DNA from: Mytilus trossulus
Taxonomy: Eukaryota
Assembly: GCF_036588685.1 (NCBI RefSeq)
Contig: NC_086378.1
Location: 5,394,001 to 5,458,000, forward strand
Reading direction: 5' to 3'
DNA: 64,000 nucleotides
Positions 11,069 to 26,200 of this stretch are shown here, piece by piece. How positions within the stretch are numbered: the stretch's first letter is position 1; each line of letters starts with the position of its first letter. The notes beneath the pieces are model-generated. The model was not told where the DNA came from, searched no databases, and saw only the letters and a program-made list of their open reading frames with translations. The translations under genes were made by a program, and so were the position numbers.

Positions 11069-13539
11069 TGAAGCTAGTTCGAAATATAAGCGTAAACTTT
11101 ATCATTTAAAGTGTGTCATTTATTTAATTTTTGTACGAAGGCATAAATGTTATCATATAGGGAATGAAACACACATATGTTATTAGTGTAATATTTCGTT
11201 AAAATATTGCCACGGACTCTAGTGTTCTCTAATATCTATCATTTATATGATTTCGGTGTTATTTGTTTAATCCAAGTAAGGATTTTATTGTCGGGTAAAA
11301 AGTAAATTCAGAAAAGTACTGAACTTTGAGGTAATTTCAAATGGAAAGGCACTAATCAAATAGCAAAAGCAAATGTTCGAACACATCAAACAAATGGATA
11401 ACAACTTTCATATTCCTGATCTTATAGCTAATATTCACGGATAGTTCTCTCAAATTTCAAAATTTTAGCATGTCCGCTATAATCGTAAAAAGTTATGTTG
11501 TCAATATACCGGATAAATAAACAACTGGCTTGCCAGTAGTAGGTTTAGATGGCTATAAAACTAGATTTAATCCACTATTATTTCGACAAATGCATGTATG
11601 GAGTCAGGTATAAGGAAGTTTTTTTTGTCACCTTTTCCGTAAATAGATGACTGTTTATTTTAAAACAGTTTCATTTTTTGGATTTGTCTTGGAGTTCGAT
11701 AATTTTATCTAGTATAAACAAATGTTAATTCACAAAAATACTGAACAAAGAGAAAAATCAATTTCGGAAAGTCCATAATCACATGGCAAAATCAAATAAC
11801 AAAACATATCATATACGAATGGACAGGAACTGTCATACCCCTGACTTGGTACAGGCATTTTCAAATGTAGAAAATGGTGGATTAAACCTTGTTCTATAGC
11901 GCTAACCCTCTCACTTTAATGACAGTCTTATCAAATTCCGTTATATTTACATTGATGCGTTAAATATACAGACACAATTAATAAAATAGTCAAAATATGG
12001 GTACATCAGTCATAATGTATACTGTCACGTCTCCCCTCAGCTTTGTACAGTTTATCTGTCTTGTTTCTGATTTTAATTTCGAGTCAGCTGAGTAATATTC
12101 AATGGACATTTCTTTACTTGATTTACCTGTTTATTATAGTGTATCATAATGTTCAAAATTAATAATCACGGTATTCAGAAATGATTCAATCTTATTAAAT
12201 AAATAGTTGATTTAAAATCTAGATTTAATGAATACATTTTATAGTGTGTCTTTCTATGTTGGGATGTAATACTATTGTTTCAGAAAATCAAAAGGTTTGG
12301 TATTATTAAAACGTTAATGCCGCTGAATTGATTGAACCTGTCCTAATTCAGGAATCTGATATTCAGGGGTTGTCTTCTGTTTATGTGGTTCATAAATATT
12401 TCTCGTTTCTTTTTTTTTTATAAAGATTAAACCGTTGGTTTTCCCGTTTGAATGGTTTTACACTAGTATTTTCGGGGGCCTTTTATAGATTTTTGTTCGG
12501 TGTGAGCCAAGGCTCCGTGTTGAAGGCCGTACATTGACCTATAATTGTTTATTGTTATCAATTGTGACTTAGATGGCGAATTGTCTAATTGGCACTCATA
12601 CCACATCTTCCTATATCTATTGATGAATAAACAATACGAATTAATTAACTATCAATTTCTGCTTATAACTTACCAGTGGAATTGAGTGGAACCTGGCCAG
12701 ACGTATAAAACAACAACGTTTACGACTACTTAATTGTATATCAATGTTTTCTGTAACCCTTAAACAAAGTGTCAATTCATTATCAGTTATGTCAGATATG
12801 ATATTATATGTATATCTGATATCATATGGTATAAGTAGAGAGTTTGTAATATACCATCAAACTTAAATATTTGAGTGAACTATCCACTTTTGAAGAAGAA
12901 AAAAAAATCTCGGGGCTTTAAAGTTGCATGCTGGGTTTGAATGCACAAGATCACAGCTTTGATATACAGCTGAATACAATCTTTGTTTAAACCAAACGAA
13001 TAAAACGACTAATGTATTTAACTGTCGCTTTGTCATTTCCCAGAGAGAGCATATACCTGATCCCCAAGCTTGTTGTCGTCACAATAAACACGAAACGTTG
13101 CGATTTAGTGTTTCTAGCGAACTTCAATAAATTACAGCGTTCGTACTCAATGAATTTGAAAGGCGGGCTATAAAACATTTTTTTTCTTACCTTATTTAAT
13201 TTACAAGAAAACCATTCATGATTTCTGGTTTGGATTATTTGCTTTGTCTTCAGTTATCGAAAGTATTTTTAGTATCCTGTACTTTCTGTTTGTTTTGTCA
13301 TTCTATTTTTTTTTTTTTCCTTTTATGGATCTTGTGCTACATTATAGTATGAATTTCAAGATTATATATTCGTCACAATAAAAAGTTTTTTTTTTCTAAA
13401 TCTGTTCTTTGTAAAATACATAAAACCTTGTTGGTAGATAATCCATATCAATTTCATAATTAGAATGTATTTTCTTATTTATTTTTCTTATATTTTTATT
13501 GTAGTCCTGTAATGTTATGTTGCCATTTTAATGTTATAT

Positions 13540-13983
13540 TCAACATTGCCATTAAAATGGGAGGTATGACATTCCACAAAACAAGGCTCAACCCACATTT
13601 TTTCTTAAAAAATGTCCAGTACCAAGTTAGGAATATGGTCATTGTTATATTATAGTTTGTTTCTGTGTGTGTTACGTTTTAAAGTTTATGTTGTGTCGTT
13701 GTTTTCCTCTTATATTTGAGTGTGAATTCGCATGGCTTTACGATGTGTCACGGTAATTTTCTATCCCATATTCATGTATTTAGTTTTTAGTTATATATTG
13801 GCAATCTCATCGAATTTTGTCTTATGCGAGTTTGTTTTTGTGTGTTTTTGCATCTAAATGTTATATCGTTCTTCTCCACTTGTGTTTAATGCGTTTCCCT
13901 CAGTTTTAGTTGTAACCCGGATTTGTTTTTATTTTCTATCTATTAATGAGTTTCGAACAGTGGTTTACTACTGTTGCCTTTAT
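13540..13983 (-). repeat. Dispersed repeat family (aaataaaggcaacagtagtataccgctgttc...)
   Basis: Related copies at about 7495, 19860, 21685, 29781-30160, 57243 and 60667-61025. Confidence 0.7.
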
Positions 13984-15109
13984 TCAATACATAATGTTCT
14001 TGAAGTATCGCTTCTAGGTACTGGCGTTGTCATCAGCTCGATTGTGTGTTATAGTGTTCTTTTATTTGTCTTTGGAAATTTGGATTTTTACTGCCTAGTC
14101 GAGTTTTGGAAGCAGCCCTTTGACGTGGCTCTGTACTTATACGTCTCGTCATTCTGTAATTGTGCTTTGTATATTTCGTGTTCTTTTCTTTCGTTTTTTG
14201 GTTAATATGCCTTGGTTATATGCGCTTTTGTCATTCTTTGTTGACATATTTGTTTGCTTTTATAGTGATCAATAATATAACACAATGTTGACTGCTATAC
14301 CCATTTTTCACTCTTTAACCTTGTATGTATGTACATTTGTTTAGTTTCGCACATTGTTGTCAAAATATGAAATTTTATGAGACTGTCATACAAGTGAAAG
14401 ATTTTGCCTGGTATAGATCATATAATTAAAAAAGGCCTGTAAACATTCAGGTAAAGTGTGAGTTTTTTTCCAATCGTTCGATATACATTCAGAATATTGA
14501 ATTAATAAAAAACACATTTGAGAGAAAGAAAGAGCAGATTTCTACCCCTAAAAAGACGTTGTAAAAGTCGAATTACAATGATTTATCGGGGTAATTATCT
14601 GCTCTATCACCCTATCAGTTATCTGCAACGTATATAATGTAACACAGATAGACACGATTACTTAGATATAGGAAGATGTGGTGTGAGTGCCAATGAGACA
14701 ACTCTCCATCCAAATAACAATTACTTGAATGTATCAGTTTATCAAGGAAATATTCGGTATAAAATCAATTGGCTATCAGCAAATAAACTAATTGATTACA
14801 TGATATTCACAGCTAAATTCATCGTTTACAATACCAATGACAGTCGATGTATACTATTTGCCTATTGAGATAGGCTTTATATTTACATACTAGGTTATCA
14901 AATAGACAAGGCGATTCGTTACATCTTTTGAACTTCGTTTTGGTAGGTTAGATGCGTTAACTGTAGTTTAAAAATTTTCAAACGTATGAATGAAGAGACA
15001 CAAGGGGATTAATAATAAACACAAATTATCCCCAATACAGTATTAAATTGAAAGTATTACTTCACTTGTACTAGACCAATTATTTAGCGTGTTTATATAT
15101 ATTACAAAA

Positions 15110-15185
15110 AGTTATCAAAGGTGCCAGGGTTATAATTAAGTACGCCTGATGCGCGTTTCGTCTACATAAACCAGTGACGCTCAAA
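15110..15185 (-). repeat. Degenerate hammerhead/retrozyme fragment
   Basis: Reverse complement GAGCGTCACTG...ATGTAGACGAAACGCGC with part of the core deleted. Confidence 0.65.
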
Positions 15186-17225
15186 ATTAATGTCTCTTTC
15201 ATTTATCATATATTACTCTTTAAACACAGAAATGATATTTCTTGCTTTGAGTTGCTGTCTCACATTCATAAACCCTTACGCCAATTCCAATTCAACAATA
15301 GTCTGCAGTTTGTAATAAATCAAGTGTGATGAGAAATATACTTGTATATACAAAGACTTAGTACTAAACTATTGTTTAATAAATAGTATACAAATATTTT
15401 ATTTTTTACAATATAGCAATTAGGGACTTACTTATACAAGTACACAGTTAAAACCAATCATGTATATTCTTCTTACCTCCAATCGCAAAGGGAGATAACT
15501 CTATAACCAAATCTTGAAAAAATGTTTTATAGATGGACTTAAACTTTTGAATCGAAGCCATTCATCAAATAATGAAAAAAATAAGATCTTAACAAACAAA
15601 ATATAATAAGTTAAAAGGTAAAAAAAAACCAACAGAAGCAATGTATAAACAAATGAGGCAAGCTGGTGATAGGTCTGTATGTCGTCAAAAATGTACTAAG
15701 GAACATACGTCAGTCAATATGGTGTGAAAATCAGAGACTTAGAGCATACATCAATATCTTTTAACAATGAGGTATTTCTACCTTACTTCAGTATTGTATC
15801 AAAACTGTGAGGTCAATGGTCAGTATAATTTATGCCATATAAGTACAAAGAAATAAAAATTCTTAATCGAAAAAGAAATAATCAAGCATAACATAAATTT
15901 CAATCTAATTAAAAACACATAATAGATTTAAAAGAAACAAATTTTATGAATGAAAATCAAAAATGACACTAAAAACAAGGATGGCGGGGGAATGGTGGAA
16001 AAAAAGCTAACCGAAACGATAGAAGTTCATGTATTATTTGCACCTCGGCATACATCAGACACAAACATCATGTGAAGTAATGACGTAGTCAAATACGATT
16101 AACAATGGAATGTACACAGTGACGTCATTGGCTGTGTGCAATAACTAACCAATAAAGTGAGACGACAAGTTCATAATAAACTAAAATCATAATAAATGAA
16201 AATTTAAATGTTAGCAAAACTTAAAAAACAGTAAAAGCTGCTTATCAAATTTGTACAAAACAACTTCAACTCATACAATGCCAAATGGGCTATTATTCAT
16301 TTGATTAAAGTATAACAAAACGCAACTAACCAGTCACAAAAAACCTTATAATATACGAACATAGGATGATTAATTTCTTGATAACATAATCAGATGTTCA
16401 TAGAATATTAAAAACGTTTATAGAGCAGTATGCCTTGACTGGTTTCTCCTGACTTTCTGTAGAGCACACGGACCTGAATGTAGACGCAGAAACCCATCCG
16501 TATATAATTGCTGTCTTACCAATATCACACTGTTGGCTGCTTTGTCGGCTGTTACGAACACAAATCTCTGTGTGAGTTATAAAAGTGTGTCTACGAGATA
16601 GTATGTAACATTCAGTAGTCTAATAGTATAGTATGGCTTGTAAGTCACAGTACCTCTCATAAATTGCATACTAGATATTTTCATACTTTATTGGGGAAAT
16701 ACATTTCAATATATAGGATATTATTTGATTAACAAGACTGAAAAGGGAACCTGAATGAATTAATTTAAATTTGAAAATACAATAAATCAAATGAATGAAA
16801 GCCATACATTTTTTAAGGCATTTCTTTGTGTAGTTATCAAGGGGATGTATTGTATACATATGTATCAAAACACGTGTTGAAAATATAATTAAACAAAACA
16901 TGAAAAACAATGAAAAGGTCAATAAATTGTTAATATTGAGTCTTATCTTAGTATAAACTTCATTCCCTATATCTTGAGGGTTATTCACTTTTGTTGTGGA
17001 GGAAAAATAACGTCTTGCTAGTTTACATTCTTTATGATCGTAATATGAAAGATATACGTAACAATAACGTTACGTTACATTAACAATAGTGTGCGCGAAA
17101 GTACGGGAAACAATTACATAAGAAAATGATAAAAAGTATCTTGGCCTATATTCACGACACCCTAGTTGTAAACCATGGATCAGCAACGTTTTCTTTCAGT
17201 CGAAAAATTCAACTTTAACAGTACT

Positions 17226-20200
17226 TCATAAAAGTATAAAGCTGACAAGGAATCCAAACATATATGTTACTACTGACACTTGATGGGTTGATGGTGCTTT
17301 CCCGATTGTATTATAATTTAAATTATAATAGTATACAAATGGTTCTGAAAATAGAGGTAGAAAGGTCCATGTTAAGTTAGTGAAAGACTTACCAGAAAAG
17401 TAGATTTTCAATTTGTTATTTAAATTTATATCAGTTGTTCGAATGTTCACAATAACTGTGGTGTAATGATTAAAACGTTAGTTGCTAACTTCTATGTTAT
17501 TTTGTCTTTGGTGGAGAGTTGCATCATTGACAATCTTACCTCATTTTCTTATTTTCATATGAAATAGATATATGAATTGCATGAATGTTTACAATATGTT
17601 GGCAACAATTGTGCAACGGGTTGATCATACCGAATTTTGTTTTCTTATTGGGTATTTAGAGCATTCGGAACTCGATGCACTTTTTTATAAGTGGAATAAA
17701 GAGAAATGTATGGTATGAGCGCCGATGAGACAACTCTCAATATGAACTTAAGTCATAGCAATAGTTTTCAGATTATGACAATACCGTTGTGACTTCTAAC
17801 TGAAGATTAACTAGTCATCAATAATACGATGGTTGTAACTAGCGGAACAAAATAGCTATCTCTATTTTAGCATTTTGATTTTCCCCGGAATTGGAAGGGT
17901 TTGTAATTCAAAGTCATATTTTTATCAGTGTTTGATATCTTTTCATGTGTCTATATTGTATCTTCTTACCGCTTTACATTTGGATTTTTTTTTCGCAGAA
18001 AATATAGCAAATGAAATGGTTTTAAATTAAACATTGCTGATTCCAAATCATTTCGGGAAAAAAAAACAGCTAAGAGAAAATAACACTTTTCATTAAACAG
18101 TATAACAAACATACTCCAAAACTTCATTATGAGTTCAGATGCAATATGATAAAAAAGAAAGTAAGAAAAAGACATAAAAAAATAATAGTAGACAACACAG
18201 AAAAACTAAAGACTAAGCAACACGAACCCCTCAAAACACTAGGGATGATAACAGGTTCTACGGAAGGGTCAACAGATCCTGCTCCACATATGGCACATCG
18301 TGTTTCCCATGTTATAACAAACCCGGTAACTAGTCTAGTTCTGTAGGTCATATTGTATAAATATGCCAGTTAATGTATATTGATCCTCTAATGGTTTTTG
18401 CCTGTTATCTATTCCTTGCATACAAATATATATCTCGTACCACACTGACTATAGGTCAGCGTACAGTCTTTGACAATGAGAATAGCACATACCGCATTAT
18501 CAGCTATAAAAGTCACGAAATGACACATACATACCAAAAAGTGTAAATTTAGCTTGATTCTTTCCAAGTTTATTCAGAGCTGTACAGTAATAGTCTCTAT
18601 AATCGCTTCTTACTACATTGTTTATTTTTAATGTGTACCATTTCTCGTCATCTCTCAACCTCTCATCATATTGTTGTTCTAGCGTGTATTTATCATTATC
18701 CAGAATTTGTTCATTAATTAATGATGTTCTGTTTTCTTTATACCATATAACTTCTGCTCTGGGCTGAGCTAAAAATAAAACAAACATTTGGTCTCGGTAA
18801 TGGGATGGATATTGTATGTTTAAACTGAAACCAAAGACTTAAGATAAATATCTTCATAGTATAAATGTTTAGGAATAATAACGAGAGGCTCTCAAGAGCA
18901 TGTATAGCTCACCTGACACTACTTGGGTTTTAATATCATATAAATAAAGATAAAAAAAACGGTTTAATATTGCATTCCATTCTATGGTTTTCTAAAAGAA
19001 GACATGTGTATGTGTTTCTCAAGACCAATGTTTTTGTGTTGTTTCCATTTTTTCTTAATATCCTCAGAACAGTTCAATTTGTGTGTTACAATAGAGAAGA
19101 TAACGCTAATTGTTGTTTTATGCCCCCGAAACTTAGAGAAAGGGAGCATATTGGTTTATCTCTGTTCATCTGTCTGTCTGTCCGTTCGTCCTTCCATCCG
19201 CCTTATTATGATTATATAAATATTTAGCTCGAGTTCTGCAGTTTGAATTCTATGAAGTGTTCAATTTGCCTTCTGTTCTATATTTATTGAAATTGGTTTG
19301 GGTTTTGATTTGTTTTTTAAATTGCTATTTTGGGAGTTAGTTAAACTTTTTTTTTATTGTATATGCGGTTTGGTGTAACAGTTCTTTTAAAATAACACTT
19401 TGCATCCACAGGGATATTAATTGTGTCACTAAGACACAATAATATCACAAGGAAAGTCCAATATTTACTTTGTTATAATACTATAATACAGCTACCTCAG
19501 AGTGAAGTGAGCGGGCATAACTTTGTCCAGTTTCTATTTATCAAACCTAAATTTCTCATATTGATTTTTTTTATTAATATAACTTTTTAATCAAAACTCT
19601 AATATTGATGGAAACAATTGCAATTTTGTATTTCATATGTTTACCAAATACTAGGCATTCTAATATGGCATGATACATTCGATCTGGTTCTTGTCCGACT
19701 GTATCCTGGATAGCTGTACAATAAGGAGCACATAAGACTTTAAGCTGTACTGAGTATGATGCATGTGGCTTTACATTGTTATCAGCAGAACATATGAATA
19801 ATCCACGATCTGTGGCATTGACATTGTTAATTCTGTATAGTCCATTCTAAAAGTATAATAAATAAAGGCAATAGTTGGTACCACTGTTTAAAATTCATAA
19901 ATCGATTGGGAGAAAACAAGCAAAATCGAAGGAAACAAATCAATTGTAAGAGGACAACAACCGAACACCAGAAACACTACAGGTAATATAATTGTTAAAA
20001 AACGGAAAAAAGATACCAGAGGGATATTCAAACTCATAGATAAAAAAACTGAACAACGTCATGGTTAAAACATAAACAGACAAACTGACAAATAATAGTA
20101 TACAACATTGAAAACTCGAAACAAAAGCAACACGAACCCCACCAAAAGTTTGGGGTGATCTCAGTTTCCCCAACATAGTGAACAGATCCTGCTCCACATT

Positions 20201-23200
20201 TGACACTCATGTTAACTATTTATTTATATGGTTGTTGTTTGATACGTGACATTCAGAATACCATTCTACTTAGAAATTAATCATCGATTCTCTAAAATGG
20301 TACCAACCAATCATCAGAGTTGGTGTTGTTTGATAAGAGACAATTTAGAATACATTATTTCTGATCTAGTAAACTTTGATTCTCTTAATTAAAGCACTTG
20401 AATGGCGTACAAATAGAACCGTTAAAATTATCATCTAAAGAAAACGTAAATGGAATGGTCAATATCTGATTTGGTATTGATAATATTCATACATCTTAGA
20501 AATTTAAAAACAAAATTCATTCAACTACTTTTTCTTAAAAATATATATGACTGAATGAATACAAGTAAAAATGTGTGCAATCATTATTTGATATGCGTAC
20601 AAATAGAGCAAATTGTTCTCACATGCATCCCAATCCCCCAGAAAATAGTCAATGGAATGTGCCGTTTCAAATAAACTTTAACTTTAAGGTAAAAATAGCA
20701 TGGTTGGTCTTTTATCAGTATTCTTTTCCTATAAATAATAAACTAAATATTATTTCTTCGCCATTTTAAACGGTATTGATGATAAAATTGAAATATGACT
20801 TTTTTTCATAATAGCGACATACACAGTGGTTTTGTTTTCTTGATAGAGACAAGCGTTTTGTCAGGTTATATGGACTAGTTTCTTTTAATTTAACTTGATA
20901 TAGGTGTTTTGTAAATACTAGTACCTTTTATGCAACGCATCATTTTGATGCCTGAAGGTCAACTGCATCCTTCCAATCTAACTAATTTTTTTTGTACACC
21001 AAACAAGTGACTTAGGAATTTGCCATTTAGAAATTTCTTCAGAGTGCGGTGCTTGTGTTATTGTACTTTTTTGATATTTATTTTCATACTAAAATGGCGA
21101 TTATCTCGACAGTATTCTATTTTATGTCCACACCCACTGTCGCTCTTATGGGGTTCCCTTAGAATCTTACAACAAGAAGATGCGCTATGATTGTTAATGA
21201 GACAATGCTAAACATGACGTTAACAATTTGTTTCTTATCTCGATTTGTATCTTCAAGATATATTGATGAGATTCGAATAAGGGTGAATTTAGTTTACTTA
21301 AATTGTTATGTGAATGGGACATTAAATATTGCATACAACCATCTGAGAGGCAATCATGTGTACAAATGATCATTTTTTATTTAACTTTCTCAGTTTGAGG
21401 TTATAAAGTTAAACTAAGACTTGTATAACCCTGAAAAATCACATTGAATAAGCGAAATCGCGCTGTTGCTCTGAACTGTTGTAAGCAAGTGCGTAAAACC
21501 AGTGTAACTGGTTGAAATAGATGTTGTATTTGGGTAAAAAAAAAGTGTTTCATTTGTTATACTAAAATTACATTTAAAGCTATCTCTCATATATTTCCTG
21601 ACAGTCAACTAACAAACGACAAGGGTGATCACTACGACACTTATTGCTGTTCATAACAACAAACATAGTTTTTTTTCTGAATTAAATAAAAGCAACAGTA
21701 GTTTACCGATGTTCAAAACTCCTTTATAATAAGAAATGTCATACGTAACACATTGATCCATTAGAAATTAATAAAGTTGTTTTTTTAAAACGATAAACAG
21801 ACGAAATTGAGGCGTACTCTGCATCATTTATATTTCAGCAATATGTAACTTCAAACTTGATAGTAGAATAACTTGAATGTTTAATATTAATTACAAATGC
21901 ACTGTTTTCTAGGAAAATACAATAAAGTTTTCACAGTATATTTCTATGAAAAAAGTATAATAACAAAAATACTGCGTTAAAAACATGTATGAACTTCAAG
22001 ACAGTTGAATTCAGATATACAGATAAATGAATAAAAGCTAAAGTTTTTGGTCAAGGTAGTTTTTCATGAAGTTGAAGTCCAAACAACGTGAAACTTAGTA
22101 AACATGTTACCTATGATATGATCTTTCTAATTGTAATGAACAATTACAGTTTTTTTATCCCAATTTCATGTATCACTGATCATGGAAAATGATGGTGCGA
22201 GTGGGGCATCCGTGTACTATGGACAAATTCTTGTATATGAGAAGATCTGTTTCAATGTATCCTAATTCTTCAAAATTCATTTGGACGGTATAAGACAACA
22301 GCACAAGAAAGTATGTCGGTACAAAGTCAGTTATAAATTATACTGTCGAGATAGTGTAGAGACATACTTCAGGCTTTCAAAAGTGTGTCAATATAAATTC
22401 AGACATATTAAGACTGTCAAGAGTGTGCCGAGACAGAATCAGATGCCATTACGAATATCAAGAATATGTCAAGACAGGCGACAATTTTTATCATTGTTAA
22501 AAGTGTCAAGACATATGTCGAGTCAATTAAAGAAATCACACAGATAGTAAAGAGCAATATCTAGAATATAGATACTTATTTAAGACAAATTCACACAGTG
22601 TCAAAACTTTTTGACAAAATGGAATGTCAGGTAAAATGTTATGTAAATTCAGAATTGGAATTTTAGACTTTGTGATAATTGTTGTGAATGCGTTAAATAA
22701 GAAAACAAAATCGAAATTCTTGTTTTATCTTTATTTGTATAAAAGTTAAAAGTAACTTTTGGGTCAAAAAGTTGCTCATGTAATTGCAGACAATAACGGA
22801 TTTATCATAAATAAAAAATCACAATAATAATAATTTGGTATTGGTATTTTTATTGCACGACAAGATTGAAAATAGAAATGTGGAATATGTCAAGGAGACA
22901 ACAACCTGACAAATGAGCAGACACCAGTCGAATAAATCTTTGATTTTGTTATTTTTTAGAAATATATATTTTAATTGAAGGAAAAATGATCATGAACGTA
23001 CATAAATAAGGCCGTTAGTTTTTTCTCTTTTGAATTGTTTTACATTGTCTTATCGTAGGTTTTTATAGCTGACTATACGGTATAGGCTTTGCTCATTGTT
23101 GAAGGCCGTACGATGACCTATATTTGTTTATGTGTGTGTCATTTTTGTCTTTTGTGGATAGTTGTCTAATTGGCAATCATAACACATCTTCTTTTTTTAT

Positions 23201-26200
23201 ATGAATTTAAAGGAGATGCATAATTTAGTTATTTATACATATAAAGAAATCAATTACACCAAAGGGGGTATAGCAGGGGTCATATAATTGATGTGTGACT
23301 TAGTTTGTAACGTGATATGAGTTGCGCCGGAGATGGGGTGGTTTTGTTGTACAAAAAATGGATATAAATATTATTTTCTTTTTATCTATTGATGTTTAGC
23401 ACTGTTAATCATCTTTATAATCTTAAACTAACTATAAGCTGTAGTCCACCATGATGGAGCGGGGATCCGTCTTCTCTTTTCCATGTGATATTTGGTAATG
23501 GATAACCATAAGCTTCGCAAACTAGTGTGACGTTTTCTCCTTCCTGTACAGTAATAGTTGCAGCACTAGCAGTTGTTATGTACGGAGCAACTGTAAATAC
23601 GTTTTATATGATATTATTTATTAATACGTACTGATTTTTGTTTTTAAACCTTATCGTATATGTATGCAAAATTTATGCAGAACAAAATTCAAATTTTTAT
23701 TTTTTAAACCTTTTCCAGCATTGTGTTGGTAATTGCAGTGGTAATGAGACAGCAACAGTGTTAACTGTTTCCAAAACTTTTTTTTTGAAAAACGTAGGCT
23801 TGTCTACTTCAGGAATAGATTACCATAGCTGTATTTGGCAACATTTTTAGGAATATTCGGTTCTCAATGCTCTTTAACTTAGTACTCTATTTGGCCTTTT
23901 AAACATTTTTGATTCGAGTATAACTGATGAGTCTTTTGTAGACGAAACGCGCGTCTGGTGTAAATATATTGTTTTAATCCTGGCATCTATGATGAGTTTA
24001 TTTGATACTTTAAAATGATATTTTGCAATCGGGATTTTATTTCTGGGATTCGATAGAAATTTGAAATAAATGCATAAGCGGTATGGGGTTTGCTCGTTGT
24101 TGAAGGTCGTATGTAATGCTATAGTTGTCAATTTCTGTGTCATTTTTTCTATTATGGAGGGTTGTCTCATTGGCAATAATGGCTACTTTAATATTTACAC
24201 TGGGCAATAATACTGTCAATAAATTCAGTTTTTAATGATCAACAATAAGTTGTATGTACAGAACCACAGTACAGTACTATAGCAAAAAACACTGATCTAG
24301 AAATGACCTCATGCAATTAGCTAGTTAAAATATTTCATGAATTGTTTAAATAAATTTAGCATATAAATAGAAGTAATGATAAAAATTCTATTTGGTTAAA
24401 AAAAAAAGTGAAAATATACTAAGGTTATATGACTCGACTCATTTCAATGGAGTAAACCAACACATGTAGAAATAATGGGAACGTTACGCATCTTTACATA
24501 AAGGCAACCGTAGTATTATTATATTCAAGAAAAGAAAAAAAAAATTAAGTACAAAGCTGAAGAGTATTGAACACTTGAAAATTTTACAAAATTTTTAAAA
24601 CAATCGCTAGCAAAGCATTTTTAGACTCAAAGTATATAGGTTAATTAACTCGTGATAGTGATAGTAAAACGTATTAAATGTAGATTTTAGTCATTTTTCA
24701 TCACCTGTTAAAGCAATTTTAATAAAGATTTAAAATCCATGTCCTCTGTGTGTCTCTTATTAGATAAAAGATCAAAATGTCAATAAGACTATCGGTTTTC
24801 TATTAGCGCCTTTTTGTGGCGGAAGCACTCATTGAAATGTGGAATTTCAAGTTAAACGACACCATCAATATATCTAAAAGTTAAAATATAGCCTATGAAA
24901 CTTGATTATGACAAACACCCAATTCCCATACAGCATCTTGAACTAAAGTGCAAAACTCCTTGTCCATTTATCACAAAATAGTAAAAAGGTTTTTAATATT
25001 GTCGTAATAAATATAACAGAGTTAAATGACGTATTGTGATCAATTGTTATAACTTACTTTGTACAGTTACACTATTTAACATTCTAGTTAATTCCTCGTA
25101 GTTGTGATTTGGAAGATATATCTGACATGTGTAGTTCCCTGCTTCAATCTCTGTAAGTGACTCTATCATCAGTTGGTACGTTTGACGGTTGTTTCTTCTG
25201 TATTTCACTACACTATATGTGCTTCTCTCTTCAACAAATAGATCAAATCGAACAATGCCATCCGATGAAATATATGACGGATCATCAGTTGAGTGGGTCT
25301 TTGTATTCCATTGTGACTGTCAATCATAACAATGTATTATTTTATGAACAAAATGTCCAACGTAAGGATACATTTTATTTTTGCCCTTCAGATGTGTTAA
25401 ATATATATTTAAGAAAATTTTGTCAATATATGCTGTTGCTACTCAAATTTTATTTTGTCAAAATTGGCTCAATGGAAAAATGATTTTATTTAAAGGCAAT
25501 GTTTTATTTACAATTCAAACATGACGTCCTTCAAACGCTGTGAGTACACATCCGTAGTTAAATATGAATTTATTGCATGGGCTGTTCCAATCGTACTCCC
25601 ACGTCATTTTCTTTTTTATGAATAAGCTTACCGACGTAATAGAACGATAACGTCAGAATATAAGCATTTTACGAGAAAATATACGCTTGTGAAAGCGAAA
25701 ATCATCACAACAATGACACGTGAACAACGATGCAAAAAATGTGCTATATAAACCATTGTTTGTATCCATATAAAACAAAAAAAGTTAAGTTATAATTTAC
25801 TATCATCAAAACCTATCTAAATACGTTATTGAAAATATTTAAAGCATGTCATTTATTAAGTTTGCTCTGTTCTCCCACGTACATTTAAAAGTGGGTATAT
25901 TTATGGGAACGGCAAATAATGCCTTCACCTAGGACGCTTCGATCCAAATGAATTGCCGTATTTGTCCTATTAGAATCGAAATAATCCAGAGGGGCTTGAA
26001 TATATCCTGATTTTACCACGGGTTGTCCCTTTATGTCTATATTTTACTCCTCGCCTTCGCTCAGGGGTAAAATATTTTTCATATAGGCCAACCCGTGGTA
26101 AAATCACGATAAATTCAAGCCCCTATGAATTATTTCTTAAATATGTATATATAACTTTATAAATTTGGAAGTGGAGAACACTCTTCTTTATTTACCTTTA

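Noticed and set aside
16075-16155. CRE (TGACGTCA) and CCAAT cluster as a promoter
   Set aside because: Short motifs; no transcription start can be located from sequence alone.
17345-17455. Extra exon of copy A ending at the strong donor near 17392
   Set aside because: It would leave an intron of only about 48 nt; the simpler model is already in frame.
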